A stretch of DNA of 32,000 nt, from contig NC_007969.1 in assembly GCF_000013905.1 (NCBI RefSeq), forward strand, positions 1,020,001 to 1,052,000, read 5' to 3'. The notes beneath the pieces were generated by a model. It did not search any database, had not been told where the DNA came from, and saw only the letters and a program-made list of their open reading frames with translations. The stretch is from Psychrobacter cryohalolentis K5 (GTDB taxonomy: Bacteria > Pseudomonadota > Gammaproteobacteria > Pseudomonadales > Moraxellaceae). Positions 27,842 to 32,000 of this stretch are shown piece after piece (positions within the stretch are counted from its first letter, which is position 1; every line of letters starts with the position of its first letter). Both the position numbers and the translations under genes were made by a program.

Positions 27842-27950
27842 TCTGTACTCTTTTAAAAGTGGATCAATTATAAGTAGGCGGACAGTACTTCAAAGTATTA
27901 ACTAGACCAATCAATCAGACAACAGAAAACAAAAAAAATAGGAGAGAAAG

Positions 27951-28535
27951 ATGAATAAAATGACTAAACTGCTGCTGACAGCAGGGCTAATGATGACAGC
28001 TACTTTGGCAATGGCCCACCCTGGTCATGGCGAGCAGGTAAGCAATGGTTTCCTTAGCGGTTTACTACATCCGATGATGGGCCTTGACCACTTATTGGCT
28101 ATGGGCGCGATTGGTTTTTGGAGTATTCGCCAAAACACTACGATGAAACGTGGCACGCCGTTATTTGTCGTAGGCGGCATGATAGCTGGCGCAGGCCTTG
28201 CTTGGGCGGGTATCAGTTTGGCTGGGGTAGAGACCGGCATCGCCATGTCAGTATTGCTAGTCGGTGTACTAATCGCCACGTTAGCAAAACTGCCGACTGC
28301 TGTTGGTGGCACCTTGGTTGCGCTGTTCATGGTCGCCCATGGTTATGCTCATGGTATTGAAATGACACAAGGTTCAAGCTTATTGCTTTATATGGCTGGC
28401 TTTGTTGTCGCCACCTTAGCGATTACCTTTATCGGTCGTAGTCTAGGTACCATGATGCTCAAAGCCGATAACCGTATTACCCGTGCATTAGGCGGCGTGG
28501 TTGCTATCATTGGTGGAGTATTAGCTGCTGGCTAA
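27951..28535 (+). CDS. ureJ: HupE/UreJ-family nickel permease
   Basis: Signal peptide ending ATLAMA, followed by HPGHG and then GLLHPMMGLDHLLAM and HGYAHG motifs. It has about 6 TM segments and an AGGAG Shine-Dalgarno. Confidence 0.85.
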   Translation: MNKMTKLLLTAGLMMTATLAMAHPGHGEQVSNGFLSGLLHPMMGLDHLLAMGAIGFWSIRQNTTMKRGTPLFVVGGMIAGAGLAWAGISLAGVETGIAMSVLLVGVLIATLAKLPTAVGGTLVALFMVAHGYAHGIEMTQGSSLLLYMAGFVVATLAITFIGRSLGTMMLKADNRITRALGGVVAIIGGVLAAG

Positions 28536-28580
28536 TATGCACTAATTAAAAAGACTCTCTTTTCGCATTAAGCTAAGAAG

Positions 28581-28606
28581 CCGTAGGGACTTCCTACGGT
28601 TTTTTT
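28581..28606 (+). terminator. Rho-independent terminator after ureJ
   Basis: CCGTAGG-GACTT-CCTACGG followed by T7. Confidence 0.8.
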
Positions 28607-28735
28607 AGTTTCTCATATTCCTTTTCGCATCTACTAAAGATCTTAAAGCGACGACAGTGGGCTAGATGCCTGCTTCATTAATAAATATATCAACCAGCTT
28701 AGTAATTAAGCCTATCAAAAAGGGACTATCACGAT

Positions 28736-30001
28736 ATGAATGATACCATCATAAAATTATCTAGAAACACGAACCGTGCGCCGATTAGCGCAACCTCAAC
28801 TCAGAGCATTGCTTTTTCTCATTACAATAATATCTCAGCGCAATTACCAATTGATCCGAAGACTGGCGCATTAGCCTTTGCTGACATCTCAGCACAAGCC
28901 AAACAGTGCTTGGATAATATCAAGGCGATTGTAGAAAGTACCGAGCACATCATGGATGATGTAATTAAGATTACGGTATTTTTAAAAGATATTGCAGATA
29001 TGCAGGCAGTAGATGCTGTCTATCGTTCTTTCTTTAGCGACTATTTGCCGACACGTAACGTAGTGATGGTTGCAGAGCTGCCTATGGATAATGCGTTAGT
29101 ACAAATGGATGCACTACTTTCAAATGGCGAAGGTACTCGTCCGCAGGCCCCTTACGAGCTCGTAAAAGTGGCAAAAAACACTGATAACGCGCCAATCGAC
29201 TCTCTATCTACCCAAACCGTTGCTTTTTCTCATTACAATAACGTTTCAGCACAATTACCAATCGATCCTACTTCAGGGCAACTAGTAGCAGGCGGTATAG
29301 CAGAGCAGACGGCGCAATGCCTAACCAATCTTAAGTCGATTTTGAATAGTATCGATGTCGGTATTGATGACATTGTTAAAATAAATATTAGTCTAACCAA
29401 CCTTGTTGATATCGCAGCCGTCGATGACGTCTATAGTACTTTTTTCCCAGACACGGCTATTGCCAGAGCTGTCAATTATCTACCGGCGCGTACAGTGACT
29501 ATGGTTTCAGGGTTACCTATGGCTGCTTTGGTACAGATTGAAGCCGTGGTATCACATGGAGATGGCACACCGCCACAAGCCGTTGAAGATCGACATGGCA
29601 TTGTGATTAAAACCAACAATACTGAGCAGGCGCCAAAGCACTCGTTAAGCACGCAGACAGTTGCTTTTTCTCACTATAATCACCTTTCGGGTCAATTACC
29701 TATCAATCCTAAAACGGGTAAGCTCATCGGCGGTGATATAAAGGCGCAGACCAACCAATGCTTAGAGAATATCAAAGCCATTGTCGAGAGTATCGATCAT
29801 AAAATGGATGACATCGTTAAAGTAACTATCCAACTCAAAGACATTAGCGATATTGACACGGTCAATGATGTTTATACCACGTTTTTTAACGATGAGTTGC
29901 CCGCTAGGACAGTATTTGGGGTTTCAGCAATCCCTATGGATTCATTGATACAAGTTGATGCGGTGCTCTCCAATGCCGAAGGTACGCCACCTGTAAGATA
30001 G
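28736..30001 (+). CDS. Protein with three tandem RidA/YjgF/L-PSP-like domains
   Basis: Three collinear units cover aa 1-139, 140-283 and 284-421. Each reads AP..S.STQ..AFSHYN..S.QLPI(D/N)P..G.L....I.(A/E)Q(A/T).QCL.N(I/L)K.I(V/L)(E/N)S...-DD(V/I)(I/V)K(I/V).(V/I).L....D...V(D/N)(A/D)VY..FF...LP.R.V..V...PM..L(V/I)Q(M/I/V)(D/E)A(L/V).S...GT.P, which matches the RidA fold pattern (GDIEAQT-QVL-NL, VKTTVFL, VY--YF, PARS-V-V, VEIEA). Confidence 0.8.
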   Translation: MNDTIIKLSRNTNRAPISATSTQSIAFSHYNNISAQLPIDPKTGALAFADISAQAKQCLDNIKAIVESTEHIMDDVIKITVFLKDIADMQAVDAVYRSFFSDYLPTRNVVMVAELPMDNALVQMDALLSNGEGTRPQAPYELVKVAKNTDNAPIDSLSTQTVAFSHYNNVSAQLPIDPTSGQLVAGGIAEQTAQCLTNLKSILNSIDVGIDDIVKINISLTNLVDIAAVDDVYSTFFPDTAIARAVNYLPARTVTMVSGLPMAALVQIEAVVSHGDGTPPQAVEDRHGIVIKTNNTEQAPKHSLSTQTVAFSHYNHLSGQLPINPKTGKLIGGDIKAQTNQCLENIKAIVESIDHKMDDIVKVTIQLKDISDIDTVNDVYTTFFNDELPARTVFGVSAIPMDSLIQVDAVLSNAEGTPPVR

Positions 30002-30092
30002 TAGTTATTCAGATTTTGCCATAACCATTGGTTTGACGCACGTTTTCTAGAGCGTCATAATCAATTTATGATTCATCACCTAAATAAAATAA

Positions 30093-30122
30093 AAAGGCTT
30101 TCAACTATTTGGAAGCCTTTTT
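30093..30122 (+). terminator. Rho-independent terminator after the triple-RidA gene
   Basis: AAAGGCTTTC pairs with GGAAGCCTTT (one G-U) around an 8-nt loop, running into T5. Confidence 0.6.
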
Positions 30123-30273
30123 ATATGTGGAAGATATAATTAAACAGGTAAGAGTAAGGTCTAAATAAAAAATAATCGTTCATATCAGTACTGTAGCGTT
30201 TCGAAATTGAATGGACTATAGTTAGCTAGCAATAGCATTCAAGAAATGTATATCTAAAAAAAGGAATTATAAA

Positions 30274-31593
30274 ATGAAAGGGATTACCCGTTTTTCGAAT
30301 AGCTTAATGGAGAAGTATTTACCGGATCCATTTTTGTTCGTTATTATCTTAACAGTGGTTATTTTTGTACTGGGTTTAGGATTAACTGATTCTTCACCGG
30401 TACAAATGGTGGCGTTTTGGGGTGAAGGTTTTTGGGCATTACTCGCATTCTCAATGCAGATGGTGTTGGTATTAGTCACAGGTTTTGTATTGGCAAGCAG
30501 TCCGATATTTAAAAAAGGTTTAGGAAGGCTGGCAAGTTTAGCAAAATCGCCGGGCAGTGCCATTATCTTGGTAACTTTAGTATCCCTTGCAGCAAGCTGG
30601 ATCAACTGGGGATTTGGGTTGGTGATTGGAGCATTATTCGCCAAAGAATTGGCAAAGCGTGTAGAGAATGTCGATTACCGTTTATTGATTGCCAGTGCTT
30701 ATTCTGGTTTTATTATTTGGCATGCTGGGTTTTCGGGTTCCATTCCGTTATCCATTGCGACAGCAGGTCATCCGTTCGCTGATAAGATTGGTGTTATTCC
30801 AACCAGTGAAACGATTTTTGCCAGCTATAACTTAATTATTGTGGCTGCATTGATTGTCATCGTTCCTTTACTCAACCGTTTGATGATGCCAAAAACAGAA
30901 GATACGGTGACGGTAGATCCGAGACTTCTGGTTGAACCAATTGATGAAGTGCTGCCAGCAAAATCGGATATGACACCAGCAGAGCGTTTAGAAAACAGCT
31001 GGATTTTGTCAATGGTTATCGGTATGTTGGGCATTGCTTTTATCGTCTATTATTTTGTGCAAAATGGCTTTGCCTTGACACTAGATTTGGTCAACTTTAT
31101 GTTTTTGTTCCTCGGAATTATCTTTCACGGAACGCCTCGTAAGTATTTGATTGCCGTTCAAGAAGCGGTCAAAGGCGCCGGTGCTATTATTGTCCAGTTT
31201 CCGTTTTATGCAGGAATCATGGGTATGATGACAGCGTCAGGCTTGGCAGGCGTGATGTCAGAAGCATTCGTCAATATTTCGTCAGCTGAGACATTACCAC
31301 TTTTCGCCTTCTTAAGCGCAGGACTGGTTAACTTCTTTGTTCCTTCAGGTGGCGGACAGTGGGCAGTGCAAGCACCCATTATGTTAGAGGCGGCAGAGAT
31401 GCTGGGCAGCGATCCTGCAAAGGTTGCTATGGCAGTTGCATGGGGTGATGCATGGACAAATATGATTCAGCCATTTTGGGCATTGCCAGCCTTGGCAATT
31501 GCGGGACTCAAAGCCAAAGATATCATGGGTTTTTGTGTCATTGTCCTGATTGTTAGTGGTGTTGTGATTGGTTTAGGGCTATTGTTTTTATAA
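30274..31593 (+). CDS. atoE: Short-chain fatty acid transporter (AtoE family)
   Basis: 439 aa and collinear with E. coli AtoE as recalled, for example LPDPF, WG-GFW-LLAF-MQM, INWGFGLV-GA-FA-E-A-R, VQFPFYAGI, VPSGGG-W and QPFWALPALAIAGL. An AAGGA Shine-Dalgarno is present. Confidence 0.85.
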   Translation: MKGITRFSNSLMEKYLPDPFLFVIILTVVIFVLGLGLTDSSPVQMVAFWGEGFWALLAFSMQMVLVLVTGFVLASSPIFKKGLGRLASLAKSPGSAIILVTLVSLAASWINWGFGLVIGALFAKELAKRVENVDYRLLIASAYSGFIIWHAGFSGSIPLSIATAGHPFADKIGVIPTSETIFASYNLIIVAALIVIVPLLNRLMMPKTEDTVTVDPRLLVEPIDEVLPAKSDMTPAERLENSWILSMVIGMLGIAFIVYYFVQNGFALTLDLVNFMFLFLGIIFHGTPRKYLIAVQEAVKGAGAIIVQFPFYAGIMGMMTASGLAGVMSEAFVNISSAETLPLFAFLSAGLVNFFVPSGGGQWAVQAPIMLEAAEMLGSDPAKVAMAVAWGDAWTNMIQPFWALPALAIAGLKAKDIMGFCVIVLIVSGVVIGLGLLFL

Positions 31594-31628
31594 TTAAAAC
31601 CTAGCGTTTTTGGTACGACTTAGCGTTT

Positions 31629-31664
31629 AGACCTTGCCTATTTGATGGGTAAGGTCTTTTTTTA
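31629..31664 (+). terminator. Rho-independent terminator after atoE
   Basis: AGACCTTGCC pairs with GGTAAGGTCT (one G-U) around a 9-nt loop, followed by T7. Confidence 0.75.
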
Positions 31665-31838
31665 TGAGAATAATTCAAGGGGTATGTCTATCGCTGTCTA
31701 TCTAAAATTGTCCAAATAAGCGACAATACCCGCATAAATTTTAAGCGCATATTAAGAGCGATATATCCGCTTAGAGACGCTCATTTTTTTTGATAGCAGA
31801 CATCTATTAAATCTAACATACATAAAAGGCCGTCCCAA

Positions 31839-32000
31839 ATGACCGATGATAACCCGTATAATTTTTTACCCTTGCAGCCTACCGGTAGAAACGAGACTGA
31901 TACTGCCAACACTTACGCGCCTGAAGACATGATCAAGATATACGAGCAGCAATTTCTCATACCAGTCCCTGAAGAGCAGTTGACCGAATTTTTACCTGCT
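31839..32000 (+). CDS. 5' end of an unidentified gene that runs off the window
   Basis: The ATG at 31839 opens a frame that stays open to the window edge (MTDDNPYNFLPLQPTGRNETDTANTYAPEDMIKIYEQQFLIPVPEEQLTEFLPA...). The Shine-Dalgarno (AAGG) is weak and no family is recognised. Confidence 0.3.
   Translation, partial: MTDDNPYNFLPLQPTGRNETDTANTYAPEDMIKIYEQQFLIPVPEEQLTEFLPA

Noticed and set aside
28809-29680. A regularly spaced, near-identical 20-mer repeat that superficially resembles a CRISPR or tandem DNA repeat.
   Set aside because: The spacings of 411 and 441 nt are in frame inside one long ORF, and the repeats encode the same AFSHYN motif. This is a protein domain triplication, not a CRISPR array.
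31685-31702. The direct repeat TGTCTATC-GC-TGTCTATC upstream of the last, partial gene.
   Set aside because: At only 8 nt twice, it is too short to distinguish from chance, and the downstream gene is unidentified.
1-32000. A genomic island, mobile element or phage-defence locus.
   Set aside because: I found no integrase, transposase, tRNA attachment site, long terminal repeats or recognisable defence genes. By eye the composition is uniform along the window. The window reads as core chromosome.

Overview
This looks like an ordinary chromosomal 32-kb segment from a moderately AT-rich gammaproteobacterium. Protein sequences and a McaP/EstA-type autotransporter esterase fit Moraxellaceae (Psychrobacter-like) best, but that is inference from reading the proteins, not a database result.

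Gene order:
- 3' end of an acyl-CoA dehydrogenase.
- A + strand run of an NADP-dependent MDR oxidoreductase, two SDR oxidoreductases and a CitE-like acyl-CoA lyase.
- A convergent UvrA paralogue that lacks the UvrB-binding domain.
- arfB.
- A SotB-like MFS exporter.
- A ChrR-type cupin protein plus a flavin amine oxidase.
- An EmrE-type SMR pump co-transcribed with a TetR regulator.
- The choline-to-glycine-betaine genes betB, betA and betT, with no recognisable betI.
- An orphan 210-aa protein.
- A GDSL autotransporter esterase.
- A GST-like protein.
- A complete urease cluster, ureD-A-B-C-E-F-G, plus a hupE/ureJ nickel permease.
- A 421-aa protein made of three tandem RidA/YjgF domains.
- An AtoE short-chain fatty acid transporter.
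- The 5' end of an unknown gene.

I saw no rRNA, tRNA, CRISPR array, transposase, integrase or recognisable phage-defence gene.

Items most worth a second look:
1. The single-chain triple-RidA protein.
2. A roughly 72-nt intergenic hairpin element present twice, with a conserved core and outer stems that differ in sequence but stay complementary.
3. The EmrE/TetR pair sitting where betI would be expected.
4. The orphan gene at 18.2 kb.
5. Several long perfect inverted repeats in promoter and leader regions.

Nothing here can be shown to be a new multi-gene system from sequence alone. Start codons were chosen by eye from Shine-Dalgarno spacing and are less certain than the stops.
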